Positions 12,164-24,300 of a stretch of 28,783 nucleotides of DNA are shown in pieces. Source of the stretch: Utricularia gibba (taxonomy: Eukaryota > Plantae > Magnoliophyta); the NCBI GenBank assembly GCA_002189035.1, contig NEEC01000376.1:1-28783 (forward strand), given 5' to 3'. The notes below the pieces were generated by a model that saw only the letters and a program-made list of their open reading frames with translations, was not told where the DNA came from and searched no databases. The stretch's first letter is position 1, and each line of letters opens with the position of its first letter. The translations under genes and the position numbers were made by a program.

Positions 12164-12320
12164 CATGTAGGCAGCCCCCGAAAACCGAACGATAATAAAT
12201 ACATCACTTTATTTGCCGGACTACAACTAACTCTCGGTGCAAGCCAAACCTTACCTTTGTCCCGTTCCAGGTGCACCCAAAGACCGCCTGCTCAAGTATA
12301 AAGTAAGTTGTTGAAAAAAT
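12164..12320 (+). repeat. Second half-monomer (157-bp ancestral subunit H2)
   Basis: Starts catgtaggc after gaaaaac. Its aaatacatcactttattt lies at the same offset (34) as aaatgcatcatttttttt in H1. Confidence 0.8.
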
Positions 12321-15300
12321 CATGTGGGGTGCACGTGATATCGCAATTTAAACAAATGCAACATTGTATTCATCGATTTGCATCCTTTTGTCCTCATGAG
12401 CCATAAAGAATCGCGGGCCCGGACCAAGTTCCTAGCGAGACTGGCCGCCACAAAACGAGAAGCTGTTCCTTGAAAAACCATGTAGGCAACACCGAAAACC
12501 GAACGTTAATAAATACATCACTTTCTTTGCCGGGCTACAACTTACTTTGGGCCAAGGCCTAAGCTGATCTTTTTCCGGTTCCAAGTGCCCCCAAAGACCG
12601 CCTTCTCATGTATAAAGTAAGTTGTTGAAAAAATCATGTGGGGTGCACGTGACATCATAATTTAAACAAATGCATCATTTTTTTTAATCGATTTGCATCC
12701 AGTTGACCTCATGAGCCATACAGAATCGGGGTCAAGGACCAAGTTCCCAGCGAGACTGGCCGCCACAAAACGAGAAGCGGTTCCTTGAAAAACCATGTAG
12801 GCAGCCCCCGAAAACCGAACGATAATAAATACATCACTTTATTTGCCGGACTACAACTAACTCTCGGTGCAAGCCAAACCTTACCTTTGTCCCGTTCCAG
12901 GTGCACCCAAAGACCGCCTGCTCAAGTATAAAGTAAGTTGTTGAAAAAATCATGTGGGGTGCACGTGATATCGCAATTTAAACAAATGCAACATTGTATT
13001 CATCGATTTGCATCCTTTTGTCCTCATGAGCCATAAAGAATCGCGGGCCCGGACCAAGTTCCTAGCGAGACTGGCCGCCACAAAACGAGAAGCTGTTCCT
13101 TGAAAAACCATGTAGGCAACACGAAAACCGAACGTTAATAAATACATCACTTTCTTTGCCGGGCTACAACTTACTTTGGGCCAAGGCCTAAGCTGATTTT
13201 TTCCGGTTCCAAGTGCCCCCAAAGACCGCCTCCTCATGTATAAAGTATGTTGTTAAAAAAATCATGTGGGGTGCACGTGACATCGTAATTTAAACAAATG
13301 CATCATTTTTTTTAATCGATTTGCATCCAGTTGACCTCATGAGCCATACAGAATCGGGGTCAAGGACCAAGTTCCCAGCGAGACTGGCCGCCACAAAACG
13401 AGAAGCGGTTCCTTGAAAAACCATAGGCAGCCCCCGAAAACCGAACGATAATAAATACATCACTTTATTTGCCGGACTACAACTAACTCGGTGCAAGCCA
13501 AACCTTACCTTTGTCCCGTTCCAGGTGCACCCAAAGACCGCCTGCTCAAGTATAAAGTAAGTTGTTGAAAAAATCATGTGGGTGCACGTGATATCGCAAT
13601 TTAAACAAATGCAACATTGTATTCATCGATTTGCATCCTTTTGTCCTCATGAGCCATAAAGAATCGCGGGCCCGGACCAAGTTCCTAGCGAGACTGGCCG
13701 CCACAAAACGAGAAGCTGTTCCTTGAAAAACCATGTAGGCAACACCGAAAACCGAACGTTAATAAATACATCACTTTCTTTGCCGGGCTACAACTTACTT
13801 TGGGCCAAGGCCTAAGCTGACCTTTTTCCGGTTCCAAGTGCCCCCCAAGACCGCCTCCTCATGTATAAAGTATGTTGTTAAAAAAATCATGTGGGGTGCA
13901 CGTGACATCGTAATTTAAACAAATGCATCATTTTTTTTAATCGATTTGCATCCAGTTGACCTCATGAGCCATACAGAATCGGGGTCAAGGACCAAGTTCC
14001 CAGCGAGACTGGCCGCCACAAAACGAGAAGCGGTTCCTTGAAAAACCATGTAGGCAGCCCCCGAAAAACCGAACGATAATAAATACATCACTTTATTTGC
14101 CGGACTACAACTAACTTTGGGCAAGCCAACCTACCTTTTTCCCGTTCCAGGTGCCCCCAAGACCGCCTCCTCAGTATAAAGTAAGTTGTTGAAAAAATCA
14201 TGTGGGGTGCACGTGATATCGCAATTTAAACAAATGCAACATTGTATTCATCGATTTGCATCCTTTTGTCCTCATGAGCCATAAAGAATCGCGGGCCCGG
14301 ACCAAGTTCCTAGCGAGACTGGCCGCCACAAAACGAGAAGCTGTTCCTTGAAAAACCATGTAGGCAACACCGAAAAACCGAACGTTAATAAATACATCAC
14401 TTTCTTTGCCGGGCTACAACTTACTTTGGGCCAAGGCCTAAGCTGACCTTTTTCCGGTTCCAAGTGCCCCCCAAGACCGCCTCCTCATGTATAAAGTATG
14501 TTGTTAAAAAATCATGTGGGGTGCACGTGACATCGTAATTTAAACAAATGCATCATTTTTTTTAATCGATTTGCATCCAGTTGACCTCATGAGCCATACA
14601 GAATCGGGGTCAAGGACCAAGTTCCAGCGAGACTGGCCGCCACAAAACGAGAAGCGGTTCCTTGAAAAACCATGTAGGCACCCCGAAAACCGAACGATAA
14701 TAAATACATCACTTTATTTGCCGGACTACAACTAACTCTGTGCAAGCCAAACCTACCTTTTCCCGTTCCAGTGCACCCAAGACCGCCTCTCAAGTATAAA
14801 GTAAGTTGTTGAAAAAATCATGTGGGTGCACGTGATATCGCAATTTAAACAAATGCAACATTGTATTCATCGATTTGCATCCTTTTGTCCTCATGAGCCA
14901 TAAAGAATCGCGGGCCCGGACCAAGTTCCTAGCGAGACTGGCCGCCACAAAACGAGAAGCTGTTCCTTGAAAAACCATGTAGGCAACACCGAAAACCGAA
15001 CGTTAATAAATACATCACTTTCTTTGCCGGGCTACAACTTACTTTGGGCCAAGGCCTAAGCTGATCTTTTTCCCGGTTCCAAGTGCCCCCAAGACCGCCT
15101 CCTCATGTATAAAGTATGTTGTTTTAAAAAAATCATGTGGGGTGCACGTGACATCATAATTTAAACAAATGCATCATTTTTTTTTAATCGATTTGCATCC
15201 AGTTGACCTCATGAGCCATACAGAATCGGGTCAAGGACCAAGTTCCCAGCGAGACTGGCCGCCACAAAACGAGAAGCGGTTCCTTGAAAAACCATGTAGG

Positions 15301-18300
15301 CAGCCCCCGAAAACCGAACGATAATAAATACATCACTTTATTTGCCGGACTACAACTAACTCTCGGTGCAAGCCAAACCTTACCTTTGTCCCGTTCCAGG
15401 TGCACCCAAAGACCGCCTGCTCAAGTATAAAGTAAGTTGTTGAAAAAATCATGTGGGGTGCACGTGATATCGCAATTTAAACAAATGCAACATTGTATTC
15501 ATCGATTTGCATCCTTTTGTCCTCATGAGCCATAAAGAATCGCGGGCCCGGACCAAGTTCCTAGCGAGACTGGCCGCCACAAAACGAGAAGCTGTTCCTT
15601 GAAAAACCATGTAGGCAACACGAAAACCGAACGTTAATAAATACATCACTTTCTTTGCCGGGCTACAACTTACTTTGGGCCAAGGCCTAAGCTGACCTTT
15701 TTTCCGGTTCCAAGTGCCCCAAAGACCGCCTTCTCAGTATAAAGTAAGTTGTTGAAAAAATCATGTGGGTGCACGTGACATCATAATTTAAACAAATGGA
15801 TCATTTTTTTTAATCGATTTGCATCCAGTTGACCTCATGAGCCATACAGAATCGGGGTCAAGGACCAAGTTCCCAGCGAGACTGGCCGCCACAAAACGAG
15901 AAGCGGTTCCTTGAAAAACCATGTAGGCAGCCCCCGAAAACCGAACGATAATAAATACATCACTTTATTTGCCGGACTACAACTACTTTGGGCAAGGCCA
16001 AGCTGACCTTTTTCCGGTTCCAAGTGCCCCCAAGACCGCCTCCAAGTATAAAGTAAGTTGTTAAAAAAATCATGTGGGGTGCACGTGATATCGCAATTTA
16101 AACAAATGCATCATTTTTTTCATCGATTTGCATCCTTTTGTCCTCATGAGCCATAAAGAATCGCGGGCCCGGACCAAGTTCCTAGCGAGACTGGCCGCCA
16201 AAAACGAGAAGCTGTTCCTTGAAAAACCATGTAGGCAACACCGAAAACCGAACGTTAATAAATACATCACTTTCTTTGCCGGGCTACAACTTACTTTGGG
16301 CCAAGGCCTAAGCTGATCTTTTTCCGGTTCCAAGTGCACCCAAAGACCGCCTTCTCAAGTATAAAGTAAGTTGTTGAAAAAATCATGTGGGGTGCACGTG
16401 ACATCATAATTTAAACAAATGGATCATTTTTTTTAATCGATTTGCATCCAGTTGACCTCATGAGCCATACAGAATCGGGGTCAAGGACCAAGTTCCCAGC
16501 GAGACTGGCCGCCACAAAACGAGAAGCGGTTCCTTGAAAAACCATGTAGGCAGCCCCGAAAACCGAACGATAATAAATACATCACTTTATTTGCCGGACT
16601 ACAACTAACTCTTGCAAGCCAAACTTACCTTTGTCCGTTCCAGGTGCACCCAAAGACCGCCTCTCAAGTATAAAGTAAGTTGTTGAAAAAATCATGTGGG
16701 GTGCACGTGATATCGCATTTAAACAATGCAACATTGTATTCATCGATTTGCATCCTTTTGTCCTCATGAGCCATAAAGAATCGCGGGCCCGGACCAAGTT
16801 CCTAGCGAGACTGGCCGCCACAAACGAGAAGCTGTTCCTTGAAAAACCATGTAGGCAACACCGAAAACCGAACGTTAATAAATACATCACTTTCTTTGCC
16901 GGGCTACAACTTACTTTGGGCCAAGGCCTAAGCTGATCTTTTTCCGGTTCCAAGTGCACCCAAAGACCGCCTCTCAAGTATAAAGTAAGTTGTTGAAAAA
17001 ATCATGTGGGGTGCACGTGACATCATAATTTAAACAAATGGATCATTTTTTTTAATCGATTTGCATCCAGTTGACCTCATGAGCCATACAGAATCGGGGT
17101 CAAGGACCAAGTTCCCAGCGAGACTGGCCGCCAAAACGAGAAGCGGTTCCTTGAAAAACCATGTAGGCAGCCCCCGAAAACCGAACGATAATAAATACAT
17201 CACTTTATTTTGCCGACTACAACTAACTCTCGGCAAGCCAAACTTACCTTTGTCCCGTTCCAGGTGCACCCAAAGACCGCCTGCTCAAGTATAAAGTAAG
17301 TTGTTGAAAAAATCATGTGGGGTGCACGTGATATCGCAATTTAAACAAATGCAACATTGTATTCATCGATTTGCATCCTTTTGTCCTCATGAGCCATAAA
17401 GAATCGCGGGCCCGGACCAAGTTCCTAGCGAGACTGGCCCCACAAAACGAGAAGCTGTTCCTTGAAAAACCATGTAGGCAACACCGAAAACCGAACGTTA
17501 ATAAATACATCACTTTCTTTGCCGGGCTACAACTTACTTTGGGCCAAGGCCTAAGCTGATCTTTTTCCGGTTCCAAGTGCACCCAAAGACCGCCTTCTCA
17601 AGTATAAAGTAAGTTGTTGAAAAAATCATGTGGGGTGCACGTGACATCATAATTTAAACAAATGGATCATTTTTTTTAATCGATTTGCATCCAGTTGACC
17701 TCATGAGCCATACAGAATCGGGGTCAAGGACCAAGTTCCCAGCGAGACTGGCCGCCACACGAGAAGCGGTTCCTTGAAAAACCATGTAGGCAGCCCCCGA
17801 AAACCGAACGATAATAAATACATCACTTTATTTGCCGGACTACAACTAACTCTCGTGCAAGCCAAACCTTACCTTTGTCCGTTCCAGGTGCACCCAAAGA
17901 CCGCCTCTCAAGTATAAAGTAAGTTGTTGAAAAAATCATGTGGGGTGCACGTGATATCGCAATTTAAACAAATGCAACATTGTATTCATCGATTTGCATC
18001 CTTTTGTCCTCATGAGCCATAAAGAATCGCGGGCCGGACCAAGTTCCTAGCGAGACTGGCCGCCACAAAACGAGAAGCTGTTCCTTGAAAAACCATGTAG
18101 GCAACACCGAAAACCGAACGTTAATAAATACATCACTTTCTTTGCCGGGCTACAACTTACTTTGGGCCAAGGCCTAAGCTGATCTTTTTCCGGTTCCAAG
18201 TGCACCCAAAGACCGCCTCTCAAGTATAAAGTAAGTTGTTTGAAAAAATCATGTGGGGTGCACGTGACATCATAATTTAAACAAATGGATCATTTTTTTA

Positions 18301-21300
18301 ATCGATTTGCATCCAGTTGACCTCATGAGCCATACAGAATCGGGGTCAAGGACCAAGTTCCCAGCGAGACTGGCCGCCACAAAACGAGAAGCGGTTCCTT
18401 GAAAAACCATGTAGGCAGCCCCGAAAACCGAACGATAATAAATACATCACTTTATTTGCCGGACTACAACTGGGCAAGCCAAGCTTACTTTTTCCGGTTC
18501 CAAGTGCCCCCAAGACCGCCTCCTCAAGTATAAAGTAAGTTGTTGAAAAAATCATGTGGGGTGCACGTGATATCGCAATTTAAACAAATGCAACATTTTT
18601 TTTCATCGATTTGCATCCTTTTGTCCTCATGAGCCATAAAGAATCGCGGGCCCGGACCAAGTTCCTAGCGAGACTGGCCGCCACAAAACGAGAAGCTGTT
18701 CCTTGAAAAACCATGTAGGCAACACCGAAAACCGAACGTTAATAAATACATCACTTTCTTTGCCGGGCTACAACTTACTTTGGGCCAAGGCCTAAGCTGA
18801 TCTTTTTCCGGTTCCAAGTGCACCCAAAGACCGCCTTCTCAAGTATAAAGTAAGTTGTTGAAAAAATCATGTGGGGTGCACGTGACATCATAATTTAAAC
18901 AAATGGATCATTTTTTTTAATCGATTTGCATCCAGTTGACCTCATGAGCCATACAGAATCGGGGTCAAGGACCAAGTTCCCAGCGAGACTGGCCGCCACA
19001 AACGAGAAGCGGTTCCTTGAAAAACCATGTAGGCAGCCCCCGAAAACCGAACGATAATAAATACATCACTTTATTTGCCGGACTACAACTACTTTGGGCA
19101 AGCCAAACTGACCTTTTTCCGGTCCAGTGCACCCAAGACCGCCTCCTCAAGTATAAAGTAAGTTGTTGAAAAAATCATGTGGGGTGCACGTGATATCGCA
19201 ATTTAAACAAATGCATCATTTTTTTTAATCGATTTGCATCCTTTGTCCTCATGAGCCATAAAGAATCGCGGGCCCGGACCAAGTTCCTAGCGAGACTGGC
19301 CGCCACAAAACGAGAAGCTGTTCCTTGAAAAACCATGTAGGCAACACGAAAACCGAACGTTAATAAATACACTTTCTTTGCCGGGCTACAACTTACTTTG
19401 GGCCAAGGCCTAAGCTGATCTTTTTCCGGTTCCAAGTGCACCCAAGACCGCCTTCTCAAGTATAAAGTAAGTTGTTGAAAAAATCATGTGGGGTGCACGT
19501 GACATCATAATTTAAACAAATGGATCATTTTTTTTAATCGATTTGCATCCAGTTGACCTCATGAGCCATACAGAATCGGGGTCAAGGACCAAGTTCCCAG
19601 CGAGACTGGCCGCCACAAAACGAGAAGCGGTTCTTGAAAAACCATGTAGGCAGCCCCCGAAAACCGAACGATAATAAATACATCACTTTATTTGCCGGAC
19701 TACAACTAACTCTCGGTGCAAGCCAAACCTTACCTTTGTCCCGTTCCAGGTGCACCCAAAGACCGCCTGCTCAAGTATAAAGTAAGTTGTTGAAAAAATC
19801 ATGTGGGGTGCACGTGATATCAATTTAAACAAATGCAACATTGTATTCATCGATTTGCATCCTTTTGTCCTCATGAGCCATAAAGAATCGCGGGCCCGGA
19901 CCAAGTTCCTAGCGAGACTGGCCGCCACAAAACGAGAAGCTGTTCCTTGAAAAACCATGTAGGCAACAAAAACCGAACGTTAATAAATACATCACTTTCT
20001 TTGCCGGGCTACAACTTACTTTGGGCCAAGGCCTAAGCTGATCTTTTTCCGGTTCCAAGTGCCCCCAAGACCGCCTTCTCAAGTATAAAGTAAGTTGTTG
20101 AAAAAATCATGTGGGGTGCACGTGACATCATAATTTAAACAAATGGATCATTTTTTTTAATCGATTTGCATCCAGTTGACCTCATGAGCCATACAGAATC
20201 GGGGTCAAGGACCAAGTTCCCAGCGAGACTGGCCGCCACAAAACGAGAAGCGGTTCCTTGAAAAACCATGTAGGCAGCCCCCGAAAACCGAACGATAATA
20301 AATACATCACTTTATTTGCCGGACTACAACTAACTCTCGGTGCAAGCCAAACCTTACCTTTGTCCCGTTCCAGGTGCACCCAAAGACCGCCTGCTCAAGT
20401 ATAAAGTAAGTTGTTGAAAAAATCATGTGGGGTGCACGTGATATCGCAATTTAAACAAATGCAACATTGTATTCATCGATTTGCATCCTTTTGTCCTCAT
20501 GAGCCATAAAGAATCGCGGGCCGGACCAAGTTCCTAGCGAGACTGGCCCACAAAACGAGAAGCTGTTCCTTGAAAAACCATGTAGGCAACACCGAAAACC
20601 GAACGTTAATAAACATCACTTTTCTTTGCCGGGCTACAACTTACTTTGGGCCAAGGCCTAAGCTGATCTTTTTCCGGTTCCAAGTGCACCCAAAGACCCT
20701 TCTCAAGTATAAAGTAAGTTGTTGAAAAAAATCATGTGGGGTGCACGTGACATCATAATTTAAAAATGGATCATTTTTTTTAATCGATTTGCATCCAGTT
20801 GACCTCATGAGCCATACAGAATCGGGGTCAAGGACCAAGTTCCCAGCGAGACTGGCCGCCACAAAACGAGAAGCGGTTCCTTGAAAAACCATGTAGGCAG
20901 CCCCGAAAACCGAACGATAATAAATACATCACTTTATTTGCCGGACTACAACTAACTTCGGCAAGCCAAACCTTACTTTGTCCGTTCCAGGTGCACCCAA
21001 AGACCGCCTCTCAAGTATAAAGTAAGTTGTTGAAAAAATCATGTGGGGTGCACGTGATATCGCAATTTAAACAAATGCAAATTTTATTCATCGATTTGCA
21101 TCCTTTTGTCCTCATGAGCCATAAAGAATCGCGGGCCCGGACCAAGTTCCTAGCGAGACTGGCCGCACAAAACGAGAAGCTGTTCCTTGAAAAACCATGT
21201 AGGCAACACCGAAAACCGAACGTTAATAAATACATCACTTTCTTTGCCGGGCTACAACTTACTTTGGGCCAAGGCCTAAGCTGATCTTTTTCCGGTTCCA

Positions 21301-24300
21301 AGTGCACCCAAAGACCGCCTTCTCAAGTATAAAGTAAGTTGTTGAAAAAATCATGTGGGGTGCACGTGACATCATAATTTAAACAATGGATCATTTTTTT
21401 TAATCGATTTGCATCCAGTTGACCTCATGAGCCATACAGAATCGGGGTCAAGGACCAAGTTCCCAGCGAGACTGGCCGCCACAAAACGAGAAGCGGTTCC
21501 TTGAAAAACCATGTAGGCAGCCCGAAAACCGAACGATAATAAATACATCACTTTATTTGCCGGACTACAACTTACTTTGGGCAAGCCTAAGCTGACCTTT
21601 TTTCCGTCCAGTGCCCCCAAGACCGCCTCTCAAGTATAAAGTAAGTTGTTGAAAAAATCATGTGGGGTGCACGTGATATCGCAATTTAAACAAATGCAAT
21701 TTTTTTTCATCGATTTGCATCCTTTGTCCTCATGAGCCATAAAGAATCGCGGCCCGGACCAAGTTCCTAGCGAGACTGGCCGCCACAAAACGAGAAGCTG
21801 TTCCTTGAAAAACCATGTAGGCAACACCGAAAACCGAACGTTAATAAATACATCACTTTCTTTGCCGGGCTACAACTTACTTTGGGCCAAGGCCTAAGCT
21901 GATCTTTTTCCGGTTCCAAGTGCCCCCAAGACCGCCTTCTCAAGTATAAAGTAAGTTGTTGAAAAAATCATGTGGGGTGCACGTGACATCATAATTTAAA
22001 CAAATGGATCATTTTTTTTAATCGATTTGCATCCAGTTGACCTCATGAGCCATACAGAATCGGGGTCAGGACCAAGTTCCCAGCGAGACTGGCCGCCACA
22101 AAACGAGAAGCGGTTCCTTGAAAAACCATGTAGGCAGCCCCGAAAACCGAACGATAATAAATACATCACTTTATTTGCCGGACTACAACTAACTCTCGGT
22201 GCAAGCCAAACCTTACCTTTGTCCGTTCCAGTGCACCCAAAGACCGCCTGCTCAAGTATAAAGTAAGTTGTTGAAAAAATCATGTGGGGTGCACGTGATA
22301 TCGCAATTTAAACAAATGCAACATTGTATTCATCGATTTGCATCCTTTGACCTCATGAGCATAAAGAATCGCGGCCCGGACCAAGTTCCTAGCGAGACTG
22401 GCCGCCACAAAACGAGAAGCTGTTCCTTGAAAAACCATGTAGGCAACACCGAAAACCGAACGTTAATAAATACATCACTTTCTTTGCCGGGCTACAACTT
22501 ACTTTGGGCCAAGGCCTAAGCTGATTTTTTCCGGTTCCAAGTGCACCCAAAGACCGCCTTCTCAAGTATAAAGTAAGTTGTTGAAAAAATCATGTGGGGT
22601 GCACGTGACATCGTAATTTAAACAAATGGATCATTTTTTTTTAATCGATTTGCATCCAGTTGACCTCATGAGCCATACAGAATCGGGGTCAAGGACCAAG
22701 TTCCCAGCGAGACTGGCCGCCACAAAACGAGAAGCGGTTCCTTGAAAAACCATGTAGGCAGCCCCGAAAACCGAACGATAATAAATACATCACTTTATTT
22801 GCCGGACTACAACTAACTCTCGGTGCAAGCCAAACCTTACCTTTGTCCCGTTCCAGGTGCACCCAAAGACCGCCTGCTCAAGTATAAAGTAAGTTGTTGA
22901 AAAAATCATGTGGGGTGCACGTGATATCGCAATTTAAACAAATGCAACATTGTATTCATCGATTTGCATCCTTTGTCCTCATGAGCCATAAAGAATCGCG
23001 GGCCCGGACCAAGTTCCTAGCGAGACTGGCCGCCACAAACGAGAAGCTGTTCCTTGAAAAACCATGTAGGCAACACCGAAAACCGAACGTTAATAAATAC
23101 ATCACTTTCTTTGCCGGGCTACAACTTACTTTGGGCCAAGGCCTAAGCTGATCTTTTTCCGGTTCCAAGTGCACCCAAAGACCGCCTTCTCAAGTATAAA
23201 GTAAGTTGTTGAAAAAATCATGTGGGGTGCACGTGACATCATAATTTAAACAAATGGATCATTTTTTTTAATCGATTTGCATCCAGTTGACCTCATGAGC
23301 CATACAGAATCGGGGTCAAGGACCAAGTTCCCAGCGAGACTGGCCGCCACAAAACGAGAAGCGTTCCTTGAAAAACCATGTAGGCAGCCCGAAAACCGAA
23401 CGATAATAAATACATCACTTTCTTTGCCGGGCTACAACTAACTTTGGGCAAGCCTAAACTGACTTTTTCCGGTTCCAAGTGCACCCAAAGACCGCCTCTC
23501 AAGTATAAAGTAAGTTGTTGAAAAAATCATGTGGGGTGCACGTGACATCAATTTAAACAAATGCATCATTTTTTTAATCGATTTGCATCCAGTTGACCTC
23601 ATGAGCCATAAGAATCGGGGCCGGACCAAGTTCCAGCGAGACTGGCCGCCACAAAACGAGAAGCTGTTCCTTGAAAAACCATGTAGGCAGCCCCGAAAAC
23701 CGAACGTTAATAAATACATCACTTTCTTTGCCGGGCTACAACTTACTTGGGCCAAGGCCTAAGCTGACTTTTTCCGGTTCCAAGTGCCCCCAAGACCGCC
23801 TCCTCAAGTATAAAGTAAGTTGTTAAAAAATCATGTGGGGTGCACGTGACATCGTAATTTAAACAAATGCATCATTTTTTTTAATCGATTTGCATCCAGT
23901 TGACCTCATGAGCCATACAGAATCGGGGTCGGACCAAGTTCCCAGCGAGACTGGCCGCCACAAAACGAGAAGCGTTCCTTGAAAAACCATGTAGGCAGCC
24001 CCCGAAAACCGAACGATAATAAATACATCACTTTATTTGCCGGACTACAACTTACTTTGGGCCAAGCCTAAGCTGACCTTTTTCCGGTCCAAGTGCCCCC
24101 AAAGACCGCCTCTCAAGTATAAAGTAAGTTGTTGAAAAAAATCATGTGGGGTGCACGTGATATCGTAATTTAAACAAATGCAACATTGTATTCATCGATT
24201 TGCATCCTTTGACCTCATGAGCCATAAAGAATCGCGGGCCCGGACCAAGTTCCTAGCGAGACTGGCCGCCACAAAACGAGAAGCTGTTCCTTGAAAAACC

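Larger units (their letters stand above)
11692..12320 (+). repeat. Representative B+A higher-order dimer (629 bp)
   Basis: One B followed by one A. Identical spurious ORFs at 12079 and 12709 lie 630 bp apart, which confirms the dimer period. Confidence 0.96.
12005..12320 (+). repeat. Representative type-A monomer (316 bp)
   Basis: Diagnostic states: gacatc, t-run then aatcgat, ccagttgacc, catacag, cggggtcaagg, ttcccagc, gcggtt, gcagccccc, cgataat, tttattt, ggact, and tail ctaactctcggtgcaagccaaaccttacctttgtcccgttccaggtgcacccaaagaccgcctgctcaagt. Near-identical copies start at 5531, 10752, 12635 and 20108. Confidence 0.97.

Noticed and set aside
12176-12190. CENP-B box on the minus strand (cccgaaaaccgaa)
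   Set aside because: The reverse-complement box needs CCCG-N2-T-N4-CGAA. Here only 5 nt separate CCCG from CGAA, and the required T is missing.
12005-12320. Budding-yeast point centromere (CDEI-like RTCACGTG plus CDEIII-like CCGAAA)
   Set aside because: The two motifs are on opposite strands, there is no strongly AT-rich CDEII between them, and point centromeres are not tandem arrays.
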